From contig CAVSXC010000008.1 of NCBI GenBank assembly GCA_963731715.1, forward strand, positions 240,312 through 304,311: DNA of 64,000 bases, read 5' to 3'. Below the pieces are notes generated by a model, which was given only the letters and a program-made list of their open reading frames with translations, searched no databases and was not told the origin of the DNA. Below are positions 10,876 through 22,100 of this stretch, one piece after another; position 1 is the stretch's first letter; each line of letters begins with the position of its first letter. This stretch comes from an uncultured Actinomycetota bacterium. Lineage in GTDB: Bacteria; Actinomycetota; Actinomycetes; Mycobacteriales; Mycobacteriaceae. Made by a program: the position numbers and the translations under genes.

Positions 10876-11469
10876 ATGGACAGGGCGCTTCCGAGTCGCC
10901 GCGACGAGCTGCTCGATCTCGCCGCGACGATGTTCGCCGAGCGCGGGCTGCGGGCCACCACCGTGCGCGACATCGCCGACTCGGCGGGCATCCTGTCCGG
11001 CAGCCTCTACCACCACTTCAAGTCCAAGGAGCAGATGGTCGAGGAGGTGCTGCGTGATTTCCTCGACTGGCTGTTCGACCGCTATGCCGAGATCGTCGCA
11101 AGCGAATCCGATCCGCTGGAGCGCGTGAAGGGTCTCTTCATGACCTCGTTCGAGGCCATCGAGAACCGGCACGCGCAGGTCGTCATCTACCAGGACGAGG
11201 CCAAGCGGCTGTCTTCGCTTCCGCAGTTCGAGTTCGTGGAAACCCGCAATCGCGAGCAGCGCAGGATGTGGGTGGACGTGCTCAAGCAGGGCGTCGCCGA
11301 GGGGCGCTTCCGGCCCGACATCGACGTCGACCTGGTCTACCGGTTCATCCGCGACACCACATGGGTTTCGGTCCGCTGGTATCAGCCGGGCGGGCCACTG
11401 ACGGCCGAAGAGGTCGGTCGGCAATACCTATCCATCGTTCTTGGCGGCATCACGAAAGATAAGGACTGA
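10876..11469 (+). CDS. kstR2: TetR-family repressor KstR2 (Rv3557c ortholog)
   Basis: TTVRDIADSAGILSGSLYHHF HTH; RFIRDTTWVSVRWY; own operator; followed by fadA6. Confidence 0.93.
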   Translation: MDRALPSRRDELLDLAATMFAERGLRATTVRDIADSAGILSGSLYHHFKSKEQMVEEVLRDFLDWLFDRYAEIVASESDPLERVKGLFMTSFEAIENRHAQVVIYQDEAKRLSSLPQFEFVETRNREQRRMWVDVLKQGVAEGRFRPDIDVDLVYRFIRDTTWVSVRWYQPGGPLTAEEVGRQYLSIVLGGITKDKD

Positions 11470-11470
11470 C

Positions 11471-12628
11471 ATGACTGGGACTTCACAGGCGTACGTCATC
11501 GACGCTGTGCGCACCGCGGTCGGCAAGCGAAACGGTTCGCTCGCCGGCGTGCATCCCGTCGACCTTGGCGCCGCGGCGTGGCGCGGCCTGTTCGACCGTG
11601 TCGACGTCGATCCCGGCGCCGTCGACGACGTGATCGCAGGCTGCGTCGATGCCATCGGAGGCCAGGCGGGCAATATCGCCCGACTGTCGTGGCTGGCCGC
11701 CGGATACCCGGAAGAGGTCCCCGGTGTCACGGTCGACCGGCAGTGCGGTTCGAGTCAGCAGGCCATTTCCTTTGGCGCACAGGCGATTATGTCCGGTACC
11801 GCCGATCTGATCGTGGCAGGCGGCATGCAGAACATGAGCCAGATCCCGATCTCGTCGGCGATGATCGTCGGCGAGCAATTCGGGTTCACCTCGCCGACCA
11901 ACGAATCCAAGAGTTGGCTGCATCGCTATGGCGATCAGGAGATCTCGCAGTTCCGTGGCTCGGAATTGATCGCCGAGAAGTGGAACATCTCGCGCGAGGA
12001 GATGGAGCAGTACTCGCTGACCAGCCATCAGCGCGCGCAGGAAGCGATCCGGGCCGGGTACTTCGAGAACGAGATCATCCCCGTCGACGGCTTCGTCACC
12101 GACGAGGGGCCGCGCGACACCTCGCTGGAGAAGATGGCCGGCCTCAAGACGCTTGTCGACGGCGGCAGGTTGACCGCCGCGATGGCCAGCCAGATCTCCG
12201 ACGGGGCCAGCGCGGTGCTGCTCGCGTCCGAGCAGGCAGTCAAGGACCACGGGCTGAAGCCGCGCGCCCGCATCCATCACATCAGCGCCCGCGGCGCCGA
12301 CCCGGTGTTCATGCTGACCGGTCCGATCCCCGCGACGCACTACGCGTTGGAGAAGACGGGCCTGTCGATCGAGGACATCGACACCATCGAGATCAACGAG
12401 GCCTTCGCACCCGTCGTCATGGCTTGGCTCAAGGACACCAAGGCAGACCACACGAAGGTCAACCCCAGCGGCGGCGCGATCGCACTTGGCCATCCACTCG
12501 GCGCGACCGGCGCCAAGCTGTTCGCCACGATGCTGAACACGTTGGAGCGCACCGGCGGCCGCTACGGCCTGCAGACGATGTGCGAGGGCGGCGGCACCGC
12601 CAACGTCACGATCATCGAGCGCCTCTAG
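11471..12628 (+). CDS. fadA6: Thiolase FadA6 (Rv3556c ortholog)
   Basis: DRQCGSSQQA, NEAFA, GHPLGATG, MCEGGG motifs. Confidence 0.9.
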   Translation: MTGTSQAYVIDAVRTAVGKRNGSLAGVHPVDLGAAAWRGLFDRVDVDPGAVDDVIAGCVDAIGGQAGNIARLSWLAAGYPEEVPGVTVDRQCGSSQQAISFGAQAIMSGTADLIVAGGMQNMSQIPISSAMIVGEQFGFTSPTNESKSWLHRYGDQEISQFRGSELIAEKWNISREEMEQYSLTSHQRAQEAIRAGYFENEIIPVDGFVTDEGPRDTSLEKMAGLKTLVDGGRLTAAMASQISDGASAVLLASEQAVKDHGLKPRARIHHISARGADPVFMLTGPIPATHYALEKTGLSIEDIDTIEINEAFAPVVMAWLKDTKADHTKVNPSGGAIALGHPLGATGAKLFATMLNTLERTGGRYGLQTMCEGGGTANVTIIERL

Positions 12629-12664
12629 TCCTCTTGGCGCGTGGGCCCAGGTCGGGCAACAAAG

Positions 12665-13780
12665 TCAGTGGTCGTGGATGATAACGCCGCGGATGTTGCG
12701 GCCCGCGAGCATGTCGTCGTAGGCGTCGTTGATGTCGTTCAGCTTGTACTCCGCGGTGACCGTCTCATCGAGGAGGAGCTTTCCCTCGCGGTACAGGCTG
12801 AGCAGGCGCGGAATGTCCGCTTGCGCGTTGGCTTGGCCGAACAGGCTGCCAAGCAGTCGCTTCTGGAAGAGCGTGAACATCGTCATTTGCAATGTCGGCG
12901 CGACATCCGCCAGCGCTGCCAACGCGGTCAGCACCACCACGCCGCCCTTGCGGACGATGTCGAGCGCCTCGTTGATCATCGGGCCCTCCACCAGCCCGAC
13001 GGTGAGCAGGGCGGAATCCGCCATCACGCCCCGGGTCAGCTCCGCGACGAGCGTGGTGGCCTCAGGCATCGATGTGGCGAAATGCGTCGCGCCGAACTCG
13101 AATGCCTTGTCGCGCTTGGTCTCCACGAGATCGACGACGACGATCTTCTCCGCGCCGGCCAGCCTAGCGCCCTGGATGGCGCCGCTGCCGACCCCGCCGC
13201 AGCCGATAACCACCACGGTGTCTCCGGGGCTCACATCGGCAGTGTTGACCGCCGAACCCCAACCCGTGGTCACTCCGCAGCCCACCAGACACGCTCGAGA
13301 CAACGGCAAGTCGTCGTCGATCTTGACCAGCGATGCCTCCGACACGGTTCCATACGGAGCGAAGGTGCCCAGAAGACAGAAGGCAGAGAGGTCACGGCCT
13401 CGGGCATGGCGCCGGTACGTGCCATCGACTTGTGTGCCCGTCGCCAGCAGTGCGCCGAGGTCGCAGATGTTTCCCTGCCCGCGCGCACACCAGCGACAAC
13501 GGCCGCACGCGGGCACGAAGGACGCCACCACATGGTCGCCGGCCTTCAGGCCGCGCACCCCGGGTCCGACTTCCTGCACGATCCCCGCGCCTTCGTGCCC
13601 GCCGACCAGCGGGGGCGGCGGTATTGGCAAATCGCCCGTTCGGGCGTGGTGGTCGGAGTGACACAGTCCGGTGGCCTCAAAGGACACCAGCACTTCGCCA
13701 TCCTTCGGAGGATCGAGCTCGACCTCCTCGATGCTCCAGTCCTCATTCGCGTTCCACAACACGGCCGCTTGCATTTTCAT
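12665..13780 (-). CDS. Zn-dependent NDMA-dependent (nicotinoprotein-type) alcohol dehydrogenase
   Basis: GLCHSDHH, GGHEGAG, CGRCRWC...C, LVGCGVTTGWGSA, LFQKRLLGSLFG. Confidence 0.85.
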   Translation of the reverse strand: MKMQAAVLWNANEDWSIEEVELDPPKDGEVLVSFEATGLCHSDHHARTGDLPIPPPPLVGGHEGAGIVQEVGPGVRGLKAGDHVVASFVPACGRCRWCARGQGNICDLGALLATGTQVDGTYRRHARGRDLSAFCLLGTFAPYGTVSEASLVKIDDDLPLSRACLVGCGVTTGWGSAVNTADVSPGDTVVVIGCGGVGSGAIQGARLAGAEKIVVVDLVETKRDKAFEFGATHFATSMPEATTLVAELTRGVMADSALLTVGLVEGPMINEALDIVRKGGVVVLTALAALADVAPTLQMTMFTLFQKRLLGSLFGQANAQADIPRLLSLYREGKLLLDETVTAEYKLNDINDAYDDMLAGRNIRGVIIHDH

Positions 13781-13916
13781 GCCGATCACCCCTAGCGCGA
13801 GCTCCCCTTGGCCTGAGTGTAGGAACCGCGGGTGACGGAATGGCGGGTTTGGGGTTATTACGCCAAGTCAGGCCACCGGGCTCGAGAATCCAGCCCGCAA
13901 ATTGCCAACCGGCAGG

Positions 13917-14978
13917 CTAAACGACGAATGCAGCCGCCGCCTGCAGATGCTTGACCGCATCGCTGACGATCGAATCGATCAGCTCGGCGCACGACGGCAG
14001 ATCGTCGAGGATGCCTGCGACCTGCCCCGACGCCAGCACGCCTGCGTCGGTGTTGCCCTCGACGAGCCCGGCCTTCAACAACATCGGGGTGTTGGCCGCC
14101 ATGACGACCTGCGACCAGGTCAGTTCCTTGCCGTGCCGCATCTCCAGGCCGTCGCTCACCATCGACCGCCACGTCATCCCCGACATCTTCTTGAACTTCT
14201 GCGCGTTGCGCACTGCGGCGGTGAATCCCCGGATCGGAGAGCCGCTTTCGAGCTTCTCGACCAACCCGGTGCGCAGCACGCGGTGCGGCATGCCATCGAC
14301 GCGGGTCGACACCACGGTGCCGTCGAGCGCCGCTTCGAGGTAGCGCTGCTTGACAGCGTCGGGCACCGTCGAATCCGACGTCAGCAGGAAGCGCGTGCCC
14401 ATCGCCACGCCTGCGGCGCCATACGACAGCGCTGCCGCCAAGCCGCGGCCATCGAAGAAGCCGCCAGCCGCGACGACCGGAATGTCGACGGCGTCGAGCA
14501 CGGATGGCAGCAGCAGAGTGGTCGCGATCGGGCCGGTGTGCCCGCCGCCCTCGCCGCCCTGAACGATCACGGCGTCGGCGCCCCAGCCGGCCACCTTCTT
14601 TGCGTGCTTGGCGAGGCCGACCGACGGAATGACGACCACGCCAGCATCTTTGAGCTTCGCGATCAGATCCGGTTTCGGCGCCAACGCGAACGACGCCACC
14701 TTGACGCCCTCGCGGATCAGCAGGTCGATGCGGTCATTCGCATCGCCTGCGTCGGCGCGGATGTTGATGCCGAACGGCTTGTCCGTCGCCGCCTTGACCT
14801 TGGTGACCGCGGTCTGCAACTCGTCCAGTGTCATGGTCGCCGACGCCAGGATACCGAGGCCGCCGGCGTTGGCGGTCGCCGACACCAGCCGCGCACCCGC
14901 CACCCAGCCCATCCCGGTCTGCACCACCGGATGCTCGATGCCAACCAGCTCGGTCAGCGGCGTACGCAGCTTACTCAT
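13917..14978 (-). CDS. ipdC: Enoyl-CoA reductase IpdC (Rv3553 ortholog, nitronate monooxygenase fold)
   Basis: MSKLRTPLTELVGIEHPVVQTGMGWV, QGGEGGGHTG; synteny. Confidence 0.9.
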   Translation of the reverse strand: MSKLRTPLTELVGIEHPVVQTGMGWVAGARLVSATANAGGLGILASATMTLDELQTAVTKVKAATDKPFGINIRADAGDANDRIDLLIREGVKVASFALAPKPDLIAKLKDAGVVVIPSVGLAKHAKKVAGWGADAVIVQGGEGGGHTGPIATTLLLPSVLDAVDIPVVAAGGFFDGRGLAAALSYGAAGVAMGTRFLLTSDSTVPDAVKQRYLEAALDGTVVSTRVDGMPHRVLRTGLVEKLESGSPIRGFTAAVRNAQKFKKMSGMTWRSMVSDGLEMRHGKELTWSQVVMAANTPMLLKAGLVEGNTDAGVLASGQVAGILDDLPSCAELIDSIVSDAVKHLQAAAAFVV

Positions 14979-15721
14979 CTTATTTCCTTGTCCCGCAAGG
15001 ATTTCGGGTCGATCACCTCGCGGATCAGCTTCTGTTCGTCGCCGGTCGGCAGCCGTGTCGTGTCCGCCTTGTCCAGGTCGTGTACCTCGAACGAAGTGTT
15101 GTCCCGAACCTCGTCGGGCGTGATTCCCGGATGCAGCGACACCGCACGCATCTGATGATCCGGGCCATTGAAGTCGAATACCCCGAGATTGGAGACGACG
15201 CGATATACGTTGACGAAGCGGCACGCCGGATTGTCCGGATCGACCTTGTCCCAGCCGATGCCGGACACCACATCGACGGAGTCGGTGAACACCCGCTTGG
15301 AGTGGTTGCCGACCCAGTAGCTGGTCGCATGGTTGATCGTGTTGCCCGGCGCGCCGCGGACACCGAACATCTGTCGGGTAGGGTGCTGCAGCGGTCCGAA
15401 CGCCGACAGGTTCTGGTTGCCGTAGCGGTCAATCTGGTTGGCGCCCATGACGACGTGGCGCCGCCCCCAGGCCAGCGTCTCGAACACGCGCCCGAACGGC
15501 ATCCAGCCCTCGATAGCGCCGACGACGCCGATGGCGGGGGTGTCGGCCAGCAATCGGGCCTCGCCGTCGGTCAGCACGATGTCGGGCGAGAAGGTCAATC
15601 GCGCCAGCCGGGCCCCGATCGACACCATCGTCGCCATCGGGCTGACCATGATTTCGCCCGCGTCGCGGAACAGTTCGGCGCACGCGACGGAGCACACTTC
15701 GGCACGGGTCACGGAGATCAT
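14975..15721 (-). CDS. ipdB: Ring-cleaving hydrolase subunit IpdB (Rv3552 ortholog)
   Basis: TRAEVCSVACAELFRDAGEI, QMFGVRGAPGN; CoA-transferase beta fold. Confidence 0.9.
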   Translation of the reverse strand: MISVTRAEVCSVACAELFRDAGEIMVSPMATMVSIGARLARLTFSPDIVLTDGEARLLADTPAIGVVGAIEGWMPFGRVFETLAWGRRHVVMGANQIDRYGNQNLSAFGPLQHPTRQMFGVRGAPGNTINHATSYWVGNHSKRVFTDSVDVVSGIGWDKVDPDNPACRFVNVYRVVSNLGVFDFNGPDHQMRAVSLHPGITPDEVRDNTSFEVHDLDKADTTRLPTGDEQKLIREVIDPKSLRDKEIR

Positions 15722-16601
15722 TTGGACGCCTCCTCTGCGAATTTCCGCACGGCGGCCTGGTAATCCGCCTCGCTGCCGGACAGATACGTCTGCACGAACT
15801 GCTCCCATGACTCCTCGGAGGCGGCGGCTTCGGCGTAGTGCCGCTGGAACTTCTCGTCGCGGCGGTAGTCCGGTTCGGCAGTGGTGAAGTGGGCGCCATT
15901 GGGAGCCTCGACGACGGTGTCGACCATCATCCGGTTGATCAGCATCGCCTGTGGCGGGACGGCCTTGACGAGTTCGTCGGTGGGCACCACGCGCTCGACC
16001 GAAAGGAAGCGCTTCTCGGCGGCCATCAGAAACAGGTCGTCGAAGTAGGGGTCGATGCCGGTGTAGGCCGCATTGCCCTGCGCGTCACCGAGATTCATGT
16101 GGACGAACGCGGCATCGAGGTTCAGCGCAGGCATGGCGATGAGCTCCTCGAAGGCACCGTCTGTGGGATACGGCGACTTCACCGTCTTCAACTCGTCACC
16201 CCAGAACGCACGCACGTCACTTCCAAGCCCGGCGCGGATCGGCAGGAACGGCAACCGCTGTGCGGCGGCCTGCAATCCACAGCGCACCATGCCCTCGTCC
16301 ATCTCGCGGGCCTCGATCACACCCCCGGTACGCGCCTTTGCGAACCACGGGTCGTAGAACGGTGGCGAGTCCAGCGAGACGAAGCCGTAGTAGACGCGCT
16401 TCACCTTGCCCGCCGAGCACAACAGCCCGACGTCAGGACCGCCGTACGTGACGATCGTCAGATCTTTGACGCCGGTGCGCAGGATGGCCCGCACAAACGC
16501 CATCGGCTTGCGCCGCGAGCCCCAGCCGCCGATGCCGATAGTCATGCCGCTCCCGCAGCTCGAGAGACGGCCGCGTCCAGCGTGGTCCGCTTGTCGCTCA
16601 C
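15718..16601 (-). CDS. ipdA: Ring-cleaving hydrolase subunit IpdA (Rv3551 ortholog), frameshift near 16555
   Basis: VSDKRTTLDAAV N-terminus joined to GMTIGIGGWGSRRKPM...REMDEGM. Confidence 0.9.
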
Positions 16602-17357
16602 GCCTTCTCCCTTTTGGACGTGCCTGCGAACGCGTCGCGGTGCTCGTCTGAGACTCCCGCGAGGTTCAGTTCGAACGTAAAGCCTTGCTCCATACGGTAA
16701 CTGGAGTTGACGCGCTGCACGTCGATCAAGTTCAGCGCCTCTTTTGCAGCGCGGATCACCCTGGTGTCCTTGACCGCGATGTCGCGCGCCACGCGCAGCG
16801 CCGCTTCGTCCAAGCTCGGCGCGTGGCACCACTTCGTGCACCGACCCGAAGTGGTGCAGCGTCGCCGCGTCGACGGTGGCGGCGGTAAAGAACAGCCTGC
16901 GCATCATGTGCTGGGGCACCAGGCGTGACAGGTGCGTGGCGGCGCCCAGGGCGCCGCGCTCCACCTCCGGCAGCCCGAACGTCGCGTCGTCGGAGGCGAC
17001 GATCACGTCCGCATTGCCGACCAAGCCGATGCCGCCACCCACGCAGAAGCCGTTGACCGCCGCGACCACGGGCACCTCGCACTCGTACACCGCGCGGAAG
17101 GCGTGGAAGCAACCCCGGTTGGCATCGATGAGAGCGGTGAAGCCCTCGGTGTTCTGCATTTCCTTGATGTCGACACCTGCGTTGAAGCCGCGGCCCTCGG
17201 CTCGCAGGATCACCACGTGGGTGCTCCGGTCGCGGCCAGCGGCCGTGATGGCGTCGCCGAGTTCGAACCAGCCCTTCGACGGGATCGCGTTGACCTTCGG
17301 GTAGTCGACGGTGACCGAGACGATGCCCGGCTCGACAGTCTTCGTGGTGATCGTCAT
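16598..17357 (-). CDS. echA20: Enoyl-CoA hydratase EchA20 (Rv3550 ortholog), frameshift near 16812
   Basis: FNAGVDIKE, GFCVGGG, FGLPEVERG; C-terminus SSYRMEQGFTFELNL in ORF 16598..16813. Confidence 0.9.
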
Positions 17358-17391
17358 GCGGATACCTCAGTTACTCCTGGGTCGCTACCTA

Positions 17392-17405
17392 AGCAAGCAC
17401 TTGCT
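17392..17405. promoter_or_regulatory. KstR2 operator between echA20 and Rv3549c ortholog
   Basis: AGCAAGCACTTGCT matches AnCAAGnnCTTGnT. Confidence 0.92.
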
Positions 17406-17420
17406 TGGTACCCTAGCACG

Positions 17421-18194
17421 GTGACCGACCCCTCAGAAATACGCCTTGGCCTCACGGACAGGGTCGTTCTGGTGACCGGCGGAGTCCGCGGAGTCGGCGC
17501 CGGAATCAGCGCGGTCTTCGCCGATCAGGGTGCGACGGTGGTGACGTGTGCCCGTCGCCCGGTGGAGGGGTTGGCCTACGAGTTCCATTCCTGTGACGTG
17601 CGCGACGACGACGCCGTGGCCGCGATGGTCGACGCGATCGTGGAGCGACACGGCCGCCTCGACGTGGTGGTGAACAACGCGGGCGGCTCGCCGTACGTCC
17701 TCACCGCGGATTCCAGCGCGAAGTTCAGCAGGAAGATCATCGAACTCAATCTGTTTGGGCCGCTCTCAGTTTCGCAGCACGCCAACAGGCACATGCAGAC
17801 CCAGGCGCGGGGCGGATCGATCATCAACGTCGGCAGCGTCAGCGGGCGTAGGCCAAGCCCGGGTACCGGCGCCTACGGCGCCGCGAAGGCTGGTGTCGAA
17901 AGCCTCACGGCCACACTGGCGGTCGAGTGGGCGCCGAAGGTCAGGATCAACTCGGTCGTGGTCGGCATGGTCGAGACGGAGCAGTCCGAGTTGTTCTACG
18001 GTGACGCCGACTCGATCGCGGCGATTTCGAAGAACGTGCCGCTTGGCAGGTTGGCCAAGCCCGCCGATGTCGGATGGGCCGCGGCGTTCCTGGCATCCGA
18101 TGCCGCGTCGTACATCAGCGGCGCATCGCTTGAGGTGCACGGCGGCGGAGAGCCGCCACACTACCTGGCAACCACGACTGCTGACATCAAATAA
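17421..18194 (+). CDS. SDR oxidoreductase (Rv3549c ortholog)
   Basis: TGGVRGVG, NNAGG, YGAAK; GTG start 6 nt after TACCCT. Confidence 0.85.
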   Translation: MTDPSEIRLGLTDRVVLVTGGVRGVGAGISAVFADQGATVVTCARRPVEGLAYEFHSCDVRDDDAVAAMVDAIVERHGRLDVVVNNAGGSPYVLTADSSAKFSRKIIELNLFGPLSVSQHANRHMQTQARGGSIINVGSVSGRRPSPGTGAYGAAKAGVESLTATLAVEWAPKVRINSVVVGMVETEQSELFYGDADSIAAISKNVPLGRLAKPADVGWAAAFLASDAASYISGASLEVHGGGEPPHYLATTTADIK

Positions 18195-18211
18195 CTAAGG
18201 AGACAACGGAT

Positions 18212-19117
18212 ATGGGATTGGTCGACGGCCGTGTGGTCATCGTGACGGGCGCCGGCGGCGGCATCGGGCGGGCACATGCCCTTGCGTTCGCCGCAGAGGG
18301 GGCGCGCGTGGTGGTCAACGACATCGGCGTGGGCCTCGACGGCTCACCCGCAGGCGGCGGCAGCGCCGCGCAGGGCGTGGTCGACGAGATCACCGCGGCC
18401 GGTGGCGAAGCCGTCGCCAGTGGGGCCAACGTCGCCGACTGGGCGCAGGCCGAAGGGCTGATCCAGGCCGCGGTCGACTCGTTCGGCGGGCTGGACGTTC
18501 TGGTCAACAACGCAGGCATCGTGCGCGACCGCATGTTCGCCAATACAAGTGAAGAGGAGTTCGACGCCGTCACGGCCGTGCACCTCAAGGGCCACTTCGC
18601 CACCATGCGGCATGCTGCCGCCTACTGGCGCGCGCAGTCGAAGGCGGGCAACACCCCCGATGCCCGCATCATCAACACCAGTTCTGGCGCCGGGTTACAA
18701 GGCAGTGTGGGACAGGCCAATTACAGCGCCGCGAAGGCGGGCATCGCGGCCTTGACGCTGGTGGCCGCGGCCGAGATGGGCCGCTACGGCGTCACCGTCA
18801 ACGCCATCGCCCCTTCCGCGCGGACGCGGATGACCGAGACCGTCTTCGCCGACATGATGTCGACTCAGGACGCTGACTTCGACGCCATGGCGCCGGAAAA
18901 CATCTCACCGCTGGTGGTTTGGCTCGGAAGTGTCGAGTCGCGTGACGTAACCGGGAAGATGTTCGAAGTCGAGGGCGGCATCGTCCGCGTCGCCGAGGGC
19001 TGGGCGCACGGACCCCAGGTCGACAAGGGCGCCCAGTGGGATCCGGCTGAGCTCGGGCCGGTCGTCACCGAGCTGCTCGGCAAGGCCAGGCCGCCCGTTC
19101 CGGTCTACGGCGCATAG
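18212..19117 (+). CDS. SDR oxidoreductase (Rv3548c ortholog)
   Basis: TGAGGGIG, NNAGIVRD, NYSAAK. Confidence 0.88.
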   Translation: MGLVDGRVVIVTGAGGGIGRAHALAFAAEGARVVVNDIGVGLDGSPAGGGSAAQGVVDEITAAGGEAVASGANVADWAQAEGLIQAAVDSFGGLDVLVNNAGIVRDRMFANTSEEEFDAVTAVHLKGHFATMRHAAAYWRAQSKAGNTPDARIINTSSGAGLQGSVGQANYSAAKAGIAALTLVAAAEMGRYGVTVNAIAPSARTRMTETVFADMMSTQDADFDAMAPENISPLVVWLGSVESRDVTGKMFEVEGGIVRVAEGWAHGPQVDKGAQWDPAELGPVVTELLGKARPPVPVYGA

Positions 19118-19129
19118 GCGAAGTGGCGC

Positions 19130-22100
19130 CTACAGCAGCTCGAGTTGCCGCAGATCGGCAACATACTTGCCAATCAGATCTCGCGATATATGAGGAATGT
19201 CGCGGTCTGGTCCGACGCACGATTCGCGAACACCTGCACGGAACCTCTCGGCCGGCAGAATTGGACCGTTCAGAACCTCCGAGGGTGGCTTGAATGCCTC
19301 CAACAGGGCCAGCTCCGAGTGTCGGCGCTGGTTGTCGGGCAACGCCCGCATCGCGGCTTCAAAGCGCACCAACCAATCGCTGTAGTCGTCGACGCGTTGA
19401 ATGGGATTCCCGGCGTCTATCAACCAGTCCACGAACAGATCGAGAGAGATGCCGTCGTCGTGTGGATTCACGACGTTGTAGGTGTGGAACCCGTCGGTGG
19501 CGTTGGAGCCTAGAGTCGCGACCGCCTCGGCGATGAAATCGACTGGCAGGCCGTCGTAATGCGCCCTTGGGCGGCCCCTCTCGCCGTCGTGTCCGTAGAA
19601 GGAATTCGGCGCGATGCCAGTGGCGACCAGACTAAGCATCAATCGAGTGAAGAAATCTGGCACGTTCAATTGGCCGGCGTATCGCGTGTGCGCGAGGATC
19701 ATGTCGCACCGGAACACGGCGACCGGTAGACCGCATAGATCGTGGGCCTCACGCATCAATACCTCGCTGGCCCATTTCGACGTCACATAACCGTTGGCGT
19801 ACGAGTCATCGATCGTGCGCACCGGACTCGCGACGCGAATATCGACGTCCTCATCGAGGACGTCGCCACCGAAGGCAACTCCTACGGTGGAGACATAGGT
19901 GATTGGCTTGAGCTTTGACGTAAGCGCGAGGCGGATGAGTCCGGCGGTACCAACCACATTGGGACCGAACAACTCGCTGTACGGGAGCAAATGATTGACA
20001 AGGGCTGCGGGATGGACGATCAGGTCGACACTGTGGACCAACCGATCCCACGTGGCGTCATCCAACCCTAGGTTAGGTTCATCGATGTCACCAGCCAGGA
20101 CATCAAGGTGATTTTCGGCCAAACTCGCAAACAGCTTGGTCAGTTCGGGATCCCCGTGATCGAACGCTTCGCCTAGTCGATGTCGTGCCGCGGCGGAGTC
20201 GCTCGCGCGGGTAATGCAAATCAGCTTGCCGCCCGACCCAGCCAGCCGCAGTAGCCATTCCAGGCAGAGGAATCGACCGAGATAGCCGGTCGCGCCGGTT
20301 AGTAACACCGTCTGTGCCGCACCGGTTGGAAGCGCCAGCCTCTTGGCACCTTCGAGTATCGTCGCGTCGATGAAGTTGTCCAGTCGTGAGCTCACTGGCA
20401 CTTACGAGCGCGGCGTCGGGGTCGTGCACGGTGGCGAACTTGGATACAACACGTTCCGAATCTCGCTTCTTTTCAATGTAATTCGCTAGATGTTGGAGGT
20501 CGTTTGTCGGGTCGATGACCACGCCGACCGGCACTTCTGTATCGAAGACCTCCTCGAGGAGCTTCGAGATCTTCAGCGCGGATAGAGAATCGCCGCCCAC
20601 ATCGGTAAACCGCGTCCCGCCATTCAGTTCCTCGGGACGACATCCCAGCGTTGCCCGTACTGCGAGCTGGACCGCTTCCGCGACCGGCTGGTCGGGGCCG
20701 CCACTTCGCAACGACGCCAGCAATTCCTCTTGATCCTCGGCGCCGGCGGTCGGGACGGGCGCGCCGGCAGTGAACCGCTGACGCAGGAGAAATTTCTGAA
20801 TCTTCCCCGACGATGTTGTCGGGAATTCGTCGATGGCGAGCCAATAGAGCGGCACCTTGTGCGGTGCCAGGCGGTCGCGGCAATAGGTGCGCAGCCGGTC
20901 GGGGTCGGGCATTCGTCCATCCGCCGGCCGGATGTAGGCGGCCACCTGTTCGCCCCATGTCGCGTCGGGGACACCGACGACCGCGACGTCCGCGACATCC
21001 TCGTGCTCGAACAGCACCTGCTCGATTTCGCGGGGATAGATGTTCTCGCCGCCACGGATGATCATGTCCTTGAGCCTGCCGGTGATCCGGCAGTAGCCAC
21101 GGCTGTCCATCGCGGCCAGGTCACCGGTGTGCAGCCAGCCATCAGCATCGATCGCAGCCGCGGTCGCGTCAGGGTTGTCGAAATAGCCCATCATCACGAA
21201 ATAACCACGGGTGCAAAGCTCCCCATCGACGTCTGGGCCGACCGTTTCACCCGTGGCAGGGTCGATCACCTTCATGTCTGTCTGGGCCACAGGCCTGCCT
21301 ATGCTGTTGTATCGGTCCTCCGGCTCGTCGTCGGGCAACACCAACGAGACGCATCCCGACGTCTCCGTCTGGCCGAAGCCAATGCAGAGCCGCGCATCGA
21401 ATGCGGCCTCGAGGCGCGACACCAGGGCGGGCAACACGGGGGCACCCGCCGCCACGATGGTTCGCACCGAGGACACATCCGTGTCAACCAACCGGGGATG
21501 CTCGAGGCAGGCGATGAGCATGGTTGGAACGCCGAAAAAGCACTCGCCGCGCTCCTCTTCAAGAAGCCGGATCAATAGGCCCGGGTCGAAGTTCGGCATC
21601 AGCACTAGCGAGCCCGCACCCGCGATCGTTCCGAGGACGGTCAGACCGCATCCGACGATGTGGAACAACGGCATGCCACATACCTGAACGGCGCCGTGCG
21701 TGTTGAGGGTGTCGACATAAACCCGTGCGCTGTTGACAACGCCACGGTGGTGGAGGACCGCCCCCTTCGGGCGCCCCGTGGTGCCGGATGTGTAGAGGAT
21801 CTGTGCCGCAGCACCCGGATCGACCTCGGGCAGGGGCTGAGTTGGTGAGCCGCTGGCGCAGAACGAATCCCAATCCGCGAACGAGACCTTCTCACGCAGT
21901 GCGGTCAGTTCGCCGATCTCCTCGAGAGTCTCGGCCATGCGCAGGCCTTGAAGCTCGGGTACGTAGAAGATGCCATCCGATCGCGAGTGACGCAGCACAT
22001 ACGCTACTTCCTCGGCGCGCAGAGACGGGTTGACTGTGACGAGTGTGATTCCGGCAAGCCCCGCTGCAAGTTCGAGAAACACCCATTCCGGGATGCTGTT

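Noticed and set aside
9415-11424. 669-aa minus-strand ORF and similar long antisense ORFs (e.g. 2488-3870, 3855-5288, 38646-40106)
   Set aside because: Shadow ORFs typical of high-GC DNA, opposite well-supported genes and lacking recognisable motifs.
20370-20401. Programmed frameshift or split A-T and R genes in the CAR-like locus
   Set aside because: No slippery sequence or RBS is evident, and similar one-base indels occur throughout the window; an error is more parsimonious.
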